Shown: in pieces, positions 1-8,440 of the stretch
How the letters are laid out: each line of letters starts with the position of its first letter
Position numbering within the stretch: the stretch's first letter is position 1
Source: a virus
Lineage: Duplodnaviria > Caudoviricetes
Virus record (IMG/VR): IMGVR_UViG_3300020183_000108
Span: 1-52,355 of that record
Length of the DNA stretch: 52,355 nucleotides
Strand: one strand, 5' to 3'
Program-made: the position numbers and the translations under genes
The notes under the pieces: generated by a model
The model's input: the letters and a program-made list of their open reading frames with translations, nothing else
The model's database searches: none
What the model was told of the DNA's origin: nothing

Positions 1-2
1 AG

Positions 3-131
3 CACGCAGGCATTCGCGTGGACATCGCTGGCGTGACCAGCTTCGTGCCGCTTGATCCAGCCAACACGGACTATTCCAACATAATGGCCCTGGTGGCGGC
101 GGGCGAACTCACGATAGCGCCTGCGGAGTAG
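3..131 (+). CDS. C-terminal part of a small tail-fibre-associated protein (5' end not in window, or continuous with 51518..52355 across the junction)
   Basis: Manual translation HAGIRVDIAGVTSFVPLDPANTDYSNIMALVAAGELTIAPAE*. The VPLDPANTDY motif is common in small ORFs after phage tail fibres. Confidence 0.7.
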   Translation, partial: HAGIRVDIAGVTSFVPLDPANTDYSNIMALVAAGELTIAPAE

Positions 132-135
132 GTTG

Positions 136-306
136 ATGATGGTTCAGATCAGCGAGACCGAGGCTCGGCTACAATCCCATGAGGCTGTATGCCAGCTACG
201 CTATGAGGCCATCAACGCCCGTCTAAAGCGACTCGAATCTATCCTGATGGTATCAGCCGGTACCATCATCACAGGCTTGGCGGCGATTGCTTTCAAGCTA
301 CATTAA
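136..306 (+). CDS. Small coiled-coil plus C-terminal TM protein (XhlA-like, lysis-cassette associated)
   Basis: Manual translation MMVQISETEARLQSHEAVCQLRYEAINARLKRLESILMVSAGTIITGLAAIAFKLH*. It lies just upstream of the holin and endolysin. Confidence 0.7.
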   Translation: MMVQISETEARLQSHEAVCQLRYEAINARLKRLESILMVSAGTIITGLAAIAFKLH

Positions 307-318
307 AGGAGAACGACC

Positions 319-486
319 ATGTCTGCTGCTTTATGGATGGCGCTAGCTCGTCATATCCTGACTGCTGTTGGGGGTGTTCTTGTGGCTAAGGGCTACACGG
401 ATGCCGATACAGTAAACACCGCCGTTGGTGCAGCCGTTACCCTGGGCGGTATCGGCTGGTCCTTCGTCGAAAAGAAGCAGCGGTGA
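319..486 (+). CDS. Putative holin (two TM helices, Pam3-gp28-like)
   Basis: AGGAG SD at 307-311. Translation MSAALWMALARHILTAVGGVLVAKGYTDADTVNTAVGAAVTLGGIGWSFVEKKQR*. Directly precedes the endolysin. Confidence 0.75.
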   Translation: MSAALWMALARHILTAVGGVLVAKGYTDADTVNTAVGAAVTLGGIGWSFVEKKQR

Positions 487-495
487 GCATCCGCT

Positions 496-1023
496 GTGGG
501 TGATAACTTCCCCAAAGCTCTGGCTACTGTGTTGCATCATGAAGGGGGGTGGGCTGACCACCCAAAAGACCCCGGCGGTGCGACCATGAAAGGTGTTACG
601 CTGGCGACCTACTCCAAGTTCTTGGGGCGTGATGCCACCAAGGAGGAGCTAAGGAATATCAGCGATGCCGAACTTCAGCAGATTTACCGTGGTCTGTACT
701 GGGACCGTATTTCTGGTGATGGGCTCCCTTCTGGCCTTGATCTGGTTGTGTTTGATATGGCCGTTAATGCAGGTCCCGGGCGTGCTGCTAAGATATTGCA
801 AGAAGTTTTGGGCGTCACGGTTGACAGGGCGATAGGCCCTAAAACGCTGACCATGGCTAAGACACGCCCCGCTTCTGAGCTTATCCGCGAGTTTTCGGAT
901 GCCCGAGAAGAATTTTACAAAAGGCTCCCGATCTATGCTACCTTCGGCAAGGGCTGGCTTCGCCGTGTCGATGAGGTTGAAACCGAAGCCTACAAACTCG
1001 TACACACAGGAGTCCGATCATGA
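496..1023 (+). CDS. Endolysin, glycoside hydrolase family 108 with C-terminal peptidoglycan-binding domain
   Basis: HEGGW-DHPKDPGGATMKGVT motif, FDMAVNAG, IGPKT and FGKGWLRRV. Confidence 0.92.
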   Translation: MGDNFPKALATVLHHEGGWADHPKDPGGATMKGVTLATYSKFLGRDATKEELRNISDAELQQIYRGLYWDRISGDGLPSGLDLVVFDMAVNAGPGRAAKILQEVLGVTVDRAIGPKTLTMAKTRPASELIREFSDAREEFYKRLPIYATFGKGWLRRVDEVETEAYKLVHTGVRS

Positions 1024-1178
1024 TGAAGGGTAAGATGAAGGCCACCAGTAAGGGTAAGATGGGCATGGCCAGCTACAAGAAGGGTGGCATGGTCGGCGGG
1101 TTTAAGCCCTGCCCCGGTTGCCCGACGCCGGGTAAGTGCCGCGCTGCTGGTAAGTGCTTGGCGAAAGCAAAGAAGTAA
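1020..1178 (+). CDS. Small basic Lys/Gly-rich protein with four Cys (possible Zn binding)
   Basis: ATGA overlap with the endolysin stop. Translation MMKGKMKATSKGKMGMASYKKGGMVGGFKPCPGCPTPGKCRAAGKCLAKAKK*. Confidence 0.7.
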   Translation: MMKGKMKATSKGKMGMASYKKGGMVGGFKPCPGCPTPGKCRAAGKCLAKAKK

Positions 1179-1184
1179 CCACTC

Positions 1185-3608
1185 GTGCCAGCAGTTAAGA
1201 TCACCAAGTTCCTCGGGACAACTCCGAAAAACGCTTCGGAGTTGTTACCCGATACTGCTGCGCAGATTGCAGAGAACTGCAAGCTGTACTCCGGTGATCT
1301 TATCCCCTACCCCACGCCGGTTATCGTGGGGGACGCACATCGTACGGGTACCATCCGCACGCTCTATGCTCTGCGGGACCCGGATACCAATGACCCCGTG
1401 TGGCTCACATGGAACGATGTTGTTGATATTGCCACCCCGGCCACAGACGAAGCGGGTGAGCAGCGGTTCTACTATACTGGCGACGGCGCACCGAAGGTCA
1501 GCACCTACGACTTGGCCACACAGGGGTCCGAACCTTACCCCAATGGGTATTACGATCTTGGCCTGCCGTTGCCTACAGTTAAGCCGACCTCGGTAGCCAC
1601 GACGTTTACACCGGTCACCACTTCATCTTTCGCCCGCGCCGCAGGCAACAACGTCACCCTGGTAACAAGCGCGGCCCACAATTTGAAGTCCGGTGCCATC
1701 ATTACGGTTTCGGGGTTTGCGTATCGCACCGGGACATACAGCCGCACAGGCACACTCATCACGGTGACGATCACCGGGCACGGACTTTCCAGCGGTTCTG
1801 ATGTCCTGCTCAAGTTCACATCTGGCACCGCCACGACCAACACCTATACCATCACGGTGACGGGCACAGACACCTTTACCTGCAACGACACTGCTTCGGG
1901 TTCGACCAGTGGTGATGTGAGCTGGGATATTGGCGATCTGAACACCACCGCAGAAGTGACGGTCATCAACTCAACGACCATTAGGTACTTCTCACCCGGT
2001 CCGACTGTTACCACCACGTCAAGTTCGGCAGGTACGGTTGATCTTGGCGGGCAGATTCAGTCGCGCAACTACCTCTACACTTGGTACACAGGTTGGCAGG
2101 AGGAGTCGATTGGTTCCGAACCCTCAGACGCCCTGTTTATCAAGGAGGGGCAAACTGTTACTGTTGGCACGCTACCCACGCTGCCGCCTTCGGGCAATAA
2201 TTTCATCCGTGGTATTCGGCTCTACCGCACCCTTGCAGGGACGACGGATGCAGAGTATTTTCGGTTAGCTACGCTCCGGTTCCCCAACACCATCACGACC
2301 GTGGAGCGTACTAGCAACGTCTCCATGGTAACTTTTGAGTATCCACACCAGTTATTCAAGGATGACCGCTTCAAGATCAGCGGGTGTAGTGTGGCGTCGT
2401 TCGACATCACGGGCGGTATCGTTACCGAAGTCGTTGACCAATACACGATTGAGTACGCTCAGACGGCTTCAAACGTCACTTCAACGACCGCCACTGGCAC
2501 GCTCTACTATGATGTGTCTGAGAACCCGCCAACGACCACGGCACGGTATTGGGGCGACGGCGGTATTTACGACTTCACGGATGACTTCAGTTTCCGGTCA
2601 CTTACCAGCATTCTACAATCCAACGATTACAATGCGCCACCCGAGGGGCTTCAGGGTCTGACGATTATTCAGAGTAGCATCCTTGCGGGGTTTGTTGGGA
2701 ACACACTCTACCTGTCTGAGCCGGGTGTGTTTCATGCGTGGCCACAAGCCTACGTCAAGACCTTTGATAGCAATATCGTGGGACTCGCTCAGATCGGTGG
2801 TAACCTGTTGGTTCTGACCGAGGGCTACCCGTATATCCTGTCAGGCTCAAACCCCGCGGTTATGTCGCAGGCCCGGTTGTCGGCGCGCTACCCATGCCTT
2901 AATCGGCGTAGCATCGTTGAGACCAGTTTCGGCGTTATCTACTCTACCCATGATGGTTTGGCGATCTATGCACCTTCATCGTCAGCGCAGCTTCTGACCC
3001 GTTTGATCCACAGCAGCGACACATGGAATGCGTCGCTTGACCCCGATACATTGGTGGGTGTGACGTTCAAGGATACATACATCGCGTCCTCTGATACCGG
3101 TTCGATTGTGTTGGAGCCCGGCACCGGGCAGAACGTCGGCACCTTTGTTGATAATGCTTTCACCTTCACCGCCGCGTGGTATGATAATATCACAAACAAC
3201 TTATACGTTGTATCTGGCACCAACGGTGATATTTATCAGTGGGATGACGCCACTCAGCCCAACTCAACCATGCGGTGGAAGTCAAAGACCTTCATCACCA
3301 AGGACTTCACGAACGTCGGTGCAGCTCGCATCGTTGCGGATTACACAGGCGTGGCTGGGTCATCCTTCTGGGAAGATGTTGATACCGCATGGAACGTGAC
3401 CGAAGAACTGTGGGATGCGGCTGACCCGATTACCTTCAAACTATACGTGGATAAGAACCTCATCTTCACCACAACACAGTCCAATAGTAGCCTATTCCGG
3501 CTACCATCGGGGTATAGAAGCGATACCTTCGAGGTAGAGATTGAAAGCCTTGTTCGGGTTCGTGCGATCCATTTGGCTGACACACCAACTGGTCTGAGGA
3601 CAGCGTAA
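1185..3608 (+). CDS. Tail nozzle / stabilisation protein (tail tubular protein B-like) with inserted Thr-rich beta-domain repeats
   Basis: 807 aa. LLPDTAAQIAENC N-terminus, LYLSEP-HAWP and MRWKSKTF-FRLPSG C-terminus. Position before ejection genes. Confidence 0.75.
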   Translation: MPAVKITKFLGTTPKNASELLPDTAAQIAENCKLYSGDLIPYPTPVIVGDAHRTGTIRTLYALRDPDTNDPVWLTWNDVVDIATPATDEAGEQRFYYTGDGAPKVSTYDLATQGSEPYPNGYYDLGLPLPTVKPTSVATTFTPVTTSSFARAAGNNVTLVTSAAHNLKSGAIITVSGFAYRTGTYSRTGTLITVTITGHGLSSGSDVLLKFTSGTATTNTYTITVTGTDTFTCNDTASGSTSGDVSWDIGDLNTTAEVTVINSTTIRYFSPGPTVTTTSSSAGTVDLGGQIQSRNYLYTWYTGWQEESIGSEPSDALFIKEGQTVTVGTLPTLPPSGNNFIRGIRLYRTLAGTTDAEYFRLATLRFPNTITTVERTSNVSMVTFEYPHQLFKDDRFKISGCSVASFDITGGIVTEVVDQYTIEYAQTASNVTSTTATGTLYYDVSENPPTTTARYWGDGGIYDFTDDFSFRSLTSILQSNDYNAPPEGLQGLTIIQSSILAGFVGNTLYLSEPGVFHAWPQAYVKTFDSNIVGLAQIGGNLLVLTEGYPYILSGSNPAVMSQARLSARYPCLNRRSIVETSFGVIYSTHDGLAIYAPSSSAQLLTRLIHSSDTWNASLDPDTLVGVTFKDTYIASSDTGSIVLEPGTGQNVGTFVDNAFTFTAAWYDNITNNLYVVSGTNGDIYQWDDATQPNSTMRWKSKTFITKDFTNVGAARIVADYTGVAGSSFWEDVDTAWNVTEELWDAADPITFKLYVDKNLIFTTTQSNSSLFRLPSGYRSDTFEVEIESLVRVRAIHLADTPTGLRTA

Positions 3609-3958
3609 TGTCACGCTTTACAGGCATCCCCGAGATACCGCAGGGCGGTATTGACGAGTGGCAGTATCGCGTTCTTGATGCGATGAAGCAGAATGTTGAG
3701 CTGTTGACCAACACCCGGAACGAAGAAGATCAGGCCAGCGTGGCTATTACGCGGTCGAGTATCTCGACTCGTCCTCCCGGCGCCGCTCAGTTCCAGGGGC
3801 TGTCGGCTCGCGGCACGGGGTTCACCATCAGCGGTGTTCAGGTCCCGTCTCTTGACGATTACAACGCACTCTTGCAGGACTTTATCAGGTTGAGTCAGGA
3901 TGTGGCCAACCTCCGTTCTACCGTCTCAACGCTTATCACCCAGATAAGGGGGCTATGA
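3608..3958 (+). CDS. Virion-associated protein (hypothetical)
   Basis: 116 aa ORF coupled to both neighbours, with a C-terminal coiled coil. Confidence 0.65.
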   Translation: MSRFTGIPEIPQGGIDEWQYRVLDAMKQNVELLTNTRNEEDQASVAITRSSISTRPPGAAQFQGLSARGTGFTISGVQVPSLDDYNALLQDFIRLSQDVANLRSTVSTLITQIRGL

Positions 3959-4722
3959 TGTCATACTCCACCACGTCGCTTGACCTGCCCCCGGCATTGG
4001 CAAGCCTGCTTGCTCCGACTGCTGCACCGGCTATGGGGCCGGGCGGTATCGCCACTTCTGCTATGGGCAACCGCGCCGCTATGATGGGTTCTGCTGCTAT
4101 GCCCACATATCAGATGGGCGGGATGGTCGGCCCCGGCGGTATGCCGATGCGGCCTGATATGGGTATGGGTAGCGCCATGGGTGGTATGCCCGGTCTGGCC
4201 CCTGCTGGCGCAATGCAGCAAACCCTTACTCCGGGTCAGGTTTCCGGCGAAGTTCAACGGTTTGTGCAGCAGAACCCCGACCAAGTGAACCAGATTCGTA
4301 TGCAGATTGAGCGGTTTGTTCAGTCCGGTCAGGTTACGCTCCAAGAACTAAATATGATGGTTCAGATGGCGCAAGCTGCGGCTAGTAACCCAGCACTTTA
4401 CAAACAGCTTCGTATGATCGCCATTCAGCGCGGGTTGGCTACAGCCGATGAGGTCAGTGAGGAGTTCGACCCCGGCCTCATTTTTGTTCTGCTTTTGATC
4501 GGTTCTGCTATGCAGTCTGGTGGTATGCAGCCGGATGCTATGCCTTCTTTGAAGAAAGGCGGGATGCTTCCTAGGAAGGCGGCTGATGACGGCGAAGCCG
4601 TGGTTGCTCAGCTTCATGAAGGTGAGTACGTCATCCCGGCCCACATTGTCCGGGCCAAGGGTACCGAATTTTTCGACAAGATGTTGCAGACGCACAAGCA
4701 ATCCAATGACTCGGACGATTGA
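3955..4722 (+). CDS. Internal virion protein with Met/Gly-rich N-terminus and a C-terminal xxGG...LHEGEYVIP domain
   Basis: 255 aa. The C-terminus LKKGGML...LHEGEYVIPAHIVRAKGTEFFDKM resembles the motif at the end of lambda-type tape measure proteins. Confidence 0.6.
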   Translation: MMSYSTTSLDLPPALASLLAPTAAPAMGPGGIATSAMGNRAAMMGSAAMPTYQMGGMVGPGGMPMRPDMGMGSAMGGMPGLAPAGAMQQTLTPGQVSGEVQRFVQQNPDQVNQIRMQIERFVQSGQVTLQELNMMVQMAQAAASNPALYKQLRMIAIQRGLATADEVSEEFDPGLIFVLLLIGSAMQSGGMQPDAMPSLKKGGMLPRKAADDGEAVVAQLHEGEYVIPAHIVRAKGTEFFDKMLQTHKQSNDSDD

Positions 4723-5134
4723 GCATCTGACCCCTGCCCGGGTTGAGGAGTTATGGCCCTACATAGAGCCGCTCCTCTACCACGTGGATTACGAGGGTAT
4801 CGACGCCCCCAATCCTATAAACCCTGAGTACGTGCGAACTACGGCTCGGTATGGTGTGACCAACATCTTGGGGATATTTGACGGAGAGCATCTGGACCTG
4901 ATCGTGGTCTCCGAATTTGCTATTGTGCGCGGGGTCAAAACTGCTAGTATTTCAGCCATGGCTGGTAAAGGGTTGTTGAAGGCTCGTTCCGAGGTTTGGC
5001 AGGACATTCTGGCGTGGTTCAAAGCCGCAGGTGCTTGCGCTGTGGACGCATATGCGAAACCAAGACTTGCTAGGATATACCAGCAAAAGTTTGGCTTTGA
5101 TCAGGGTTGTTCCTATATACGTATGGAACTTTAG
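4706..5134 (+). CDS. GNAT-fold-like virion assembly protein (position analogous to T7 gp13)
   Basis: In-frame ATG at 4706 (MTRTIEHL). ISAMAGKG and ARIYQQKFGF resemble a degenerate acetyltransferase fold. Lies before the ejection proteins. Confidence 0.55.
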   Translation: MTRTIEHLTPARVEELWPYIEPLLYHVDYEGIDAPNPINPEYVRTTARYGVTNILGIFDGEHLDLIVVSEFAIVRGVKTASISAMAGKGLLKARSEVWQDILAWFKAAGACAVDAYAKPRLARIYQQKFGFDQGCSYIRMEL

Positions 5135-5143
5135 GAGGGTAGC

Positions 5144-6403
5144 ATGGGTGGTGTAGGTAGAGGTGTTAGCCGAGCACTCTCTTTGAATAGGGGCGGTACG
5201 CTCAGCAATGCTCTTGGGGGTCCTCAAGGTGTTGCTGCCGTTATCGGTATTGCCGCTGCAATCGCCATACCCTTTGCTCTACCTGCTGTTGCAAGTACGC
5301 TTGCCACCTCTCTCTCCATTTCGCCCCTTTTGGCTTCCACGCTTGCGGGCGCCGGTATGGGCGCGGCTGCGGGTGCCTTGTCCGGCTCGATGGTCGGTAA
5401 TGTTGGGACTGGCGCATTGATTGGCGGCGCGGGCGGCGCTGCCAGTGGGTTTATACAGGGAGGCGGGATTAGCCAAGTCGGTAATGCGCTGTTTGGTCCT
5501 ACCACCCCTGCTCCTACCACCCCTGCTGTTACCACCCCTGCTGCTGCCTTCGGCGGCGCGCAGGGATATGAAGCCTTAGCTGCCCCTGCCGGTGGGTTTG
5601 AGTCTGCTGCTGCGACTGGCGGCGGTTTTGCTGGTGGTAGCACGCCTCTTACAGCGGCAGAGGTAATGGCGACTCAAGCCATACCAGCATCCGGTATAGG
5701 CAGCGGAGCAACTTCTTCTGGCGGCACGGCAGGTAATCCCATGCAACAGACGACTACTAGTTTTGCTCCCCAAGGTTCTAGGGTCGAGCGTTTCCTCGGT
5801 GGCCTTACGGGTAGCGGCACAAAGATGGACCTCACCACGGCTGAGGGTGTGGGCCGTGCGCTATCTCCGATTGTCAGCCCCGCTGGCATCGCCGGTGTCG
5901 GGCAGCTCGCCATGACAATGTTCAACAAGCCGACTGAAAGCCTGACCGCACAAGAGCGGTCTTTCGTCAATGAGACGGCTGAGCTTGCTGGTACCAACCG
6001 GGCTTTGTTTGAGCAGCGTGTGAACTCCGCGCGCCGCCTGTTGCAGCAGGGCACACCCAATCCCGAAGAAGCCTACGCTCAAGCCAGCATGGGTGTGCAA
6101 CGCCGCTTCCGCGAAGCCGGTCTGCGTGAGACCGGTGACGTTCGGCGTGGTCTGATCGAAGGTGCCCGCCTCGGCGCTGCGGCTATCCCAGGTGAGTATA
6201 CTCGGGCTGCTTCGCTTACCCAGGCCGGTCTGTCGGCTATGCCATCAACCGCGCCGCAGGGTGCCGAAGGCATGGCGCTTCCGGTGTATCGCGATCTTGA
6301 ACGCCGTCAGCGTGAGTATCAAACTGATCTTAGCCGTGGGTTCGGTACGCTCGCGTCGGCGTTCGGTGGCCGTTCTAAGGGTGGGTTGTTCGGTTACTAT
6401 TGA
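5144..6403 (+). CDS. DNA ejection (pilot) protein with glycine-zipper hydrophobic N-terminus
   Basis: AGGAGG SD. 419 aa, Gly/Ala-rich with TM-like segments. Synteny with podophage ejection genes. Confidence 0.65.
   Translation: MGGVGRGVSRALSLNRGGTLSNALGGPQGVAAVIGIAAAIAIPFALPAVASTLATSLSISPLLASTLAGAGMGAAAGALSGSMVGNVGTGALIGGAGGAASGFIQGGGISQVGNALFGPTTPAPTTPAVTTPAAAFGGAQGYEALAAPAGGFESAAATGGGFAGGSTPLTAAEVMATQAIPASGIGSGATSSGGTAGNPMQQTTTSFAPQGSRVERFLGGLTGSGTKMDLTTAEGVGRALSPIVSPAGIAGVGQLAMTMFNKPTESLTAQERSFVNETAELAGTNRALFEQRVNSARRLLQQGTPNPEEAYAQASMGVQRRFREAGLRETGDVRRGLIEGARLGAAAIPGEYTRAASLTQAGLSAMPSTAPQGAEGMALPVYRDLERRQREYQTDLSRGFGTLASAFGGRSKGGLFGYY
5498..5542 (+). repeat. Three copies of a 15-bp coding repeat (PTTPA-PTTPA-VTTPA)
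   Basis: cctaccacccctgct, cctaccacccctgct, gttaccacccctgct. Confidence 0.9.
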
Positions 6404-6418
6404 CCTTCGGAGGTCTGC

Positions 6419-8428
6419 ATGTCTGGTTATCTATATCCCTACGCTCCATACCCTACTGCTGGAAACTTGCAGTCTGCTGGGCAAGCGTTCCTTGGCGGTT
6501 TCGGCGCGGGTCAGGAGATCGAGTCCCGCGCTCAGGACATGGATGTAAAGAACCAGCTTCAGAAACTTCGGCAAGCTGAAGAAGAACGTCAGCGGCAGGC
6601 ATTTCCGTTGCGGATGCAACTGGCTGAGCAGCAGATGAAGTTTGCCGCACAGAACCAGCCTCTGACCCTTGAGCGGATGCGTCTGACCAACCAACAACTG
6701 CAAGCCAGCCTTGCGGCTCTTGCTCAGCAGCGTGCGGCTGCGGCGGAACTTGCAAGGCTGTATGGTCCGTCCGGAAGCGGTGCAGGTGTGATGCCCTCCG
6801 CTGCTGCTCCGCAGCCTGCGGCACCTCCTCCCCTTGCGCCGCCAGTTCAAGGGTATCCCGGCCTTCTGGAACCATACACACCACGTGCGGTTGCGCCCGC
6901 AGCGCCTCGGTTTGCACCTTATGGGGAAGAAGCACCCGGCCCGCGGTCTAACCTTGATTTTGGAGTTCAGCGGTTTGGTGACCGGGATTTCGGTCGCCGC
7001 TTTACCGGTGTTCAGGTCGCCAGTGGCGGCATCAATGTTGACACGGGCCTTCCCGCAGGTGTGACACCTGAAATGCTGGAGCCGGATTACCAGCGGTATC
7101 CGCAGACAGGCTACCCCGTAGGGCCGCAGGAAGGCCCAAGCCCAACTGCACCAGGGGCGTTACCCGCCGCACTGCTACCTCCTGAACAACGTGCTGGCGC
7201 TGTGGCGCCTGTTATAGCACCTCCGGCACTTCCTTCACCCACTGGTCGCCTACCATTGGTCAGACCCGATATAATACCTTCCCCCAGCAGCCCACGCCTT
7301 ATGGATGCTGCAGTTGCTGAACTGTCTGCCAGTCCGTCTTTGCAAACCCCGGATGTGGTTCAGCGGGTTGCGGGTCAGTATGGGGTTGACCCTAATGTCC
7401 TTGCTCAGCGCCTTGGTGTTACATTACCTGCACAAGCTGCCGCGCCCCAAACTACCGCAACTGAACAGGCACCTTACGGAGAAAACGCACCCGGTCTCGC
7501 CGGTGCTATCCCGGCAATAGACTACACACCCGCTCCGACTGAGGGTCCGGCGGGTTTGCGCCAGCAAGGCGCACCTACCCAGCAGCAGGTTGATGCTGAC
7601 GTCGCCAGGCGCCTAAACAACTTGACCACCGAAACGCCTGATCCGCTGTCACCTATGGACTCGTATCGGGTGGGTGTTGAGTCGCGTGCATTGGATATTG
7701 AAGCGCGTAATATCGAAGTTGCTACACGTAGGATTGATGCTATGCGGCGTGAAGCCGCAATCTTGGCCCGAGGCGGGAACACCCAAGGGGCCATTGCGAT
7801 AATGACCAGTGTTCGTAATGCCGAAGCCGAACTTGAAGCCAGGAGTTCTGCTCTGGCGCTTCAGCGTGCCAACCTGAATGGCCGTATCAATACATCTGAG
7901 TTTGCGGCTGGCAACTTTGGTCCTATGGCCAATGACATCTTCCAGGCATCGGGCGGGCGGTTGCGTTTACAACCAGTTGCGGGGACCGATAACTTCAATC
8001 TTATTGGTCCAGATGGTCAGGTGCGTGGCACCCGGACACGGCAACAACTGATCAACGATGGCCGTTATTTGTATGAGACAAACTACCAAAACCAGATAAA
8101 GGCCATTCGCGAACGTCTCGTTAAGCGTTCCGATGAGATATTCAAAGCTACCGCCGCTGCACTTGAGCAGAGCCTCAAGGATACCAGTGCTGCAACACGC
8201 GACATTGCGATTGAGCGTGCCAAACAACAAGCCGAAGCTGCATACCGTGCGTCTGAAATCAAAGTTACAGTCGACACGCAGAATGGTTTGATTATCTTTC
8301 AAGACTCTCGGGGTATCATCCCACGCCGTATTCTGCGGGTGGTTCCGGCGCGTGATGCGCGCGGTAGGCCAATACAGGGGCAGTTTGCCACCGAAGAAGT
8401 TGAAGCGCAGGCTCGGCCAGCTCAGTAA
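6419..8428 (+). CDS. DNA ejection / internal virion protein
   Basis: GGAGG SD. 669 aa with Gln-rich coiled coils flanking a Pro/Ala-rich middle. Confidence 0.6.
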   Translation: MSGYLYPYAPYPTAGNLQSAGQAFLGGFGAGQEIESRAQDMDVKNQLQKLRQAEEERQRQAFPLRMQLAEQQMKFAAQNQPLTLERMRLTNQQLQASLAALAQQRAAAAELARLYGPSGSGAGVMPSAAAPQPAAPPPLAPPVQGYPGLLEPYTPRAVAPAAPRFAPYGEEAPGPRSNLDFGVQRFGDRDFGRRFTGVQVASGGINVDTGLPAGVTPEMLEPDYQRYPQTGYPVGPQEGPSPTAPGALPAALLPPEQRAGAVAPVIAPPALPSPTGRLPLVRPDIIPSPSSPRLMDAAVAELSASPSLQTPDVVQRVAGQYGVDPNVLAQRLGVTLPAQAAAPQTTATEQAPYGENAPGLAGAIPAIDYTPAPTEGPAGLRQQGAPTQQQVDADVARRLNNLTTETPDPLSPMDSYRVGVESRALDIEARNIEVATRRIDAMRREAAILARGGNTQGAIAIMTSVRNAEAELEARSSALALQRANLNGRINTSEFAAGNFGPMANDIFQASGGRLRLQPVAGTDNFNLIGPDGQVRGTRTRQQLINDGRYLYETNYQNQIKAIRERLVKRSDEIFKATAAALEQSLKDTSAATRDIAIERAKQQAEAAYRASEIKVTVDTQNGLIIFQDSRGIIPRRILRVVPARDARGRPIQGQFATEEVEAQARPAQ

Positions 8429-8440
8429 AGCGAGGTTACA

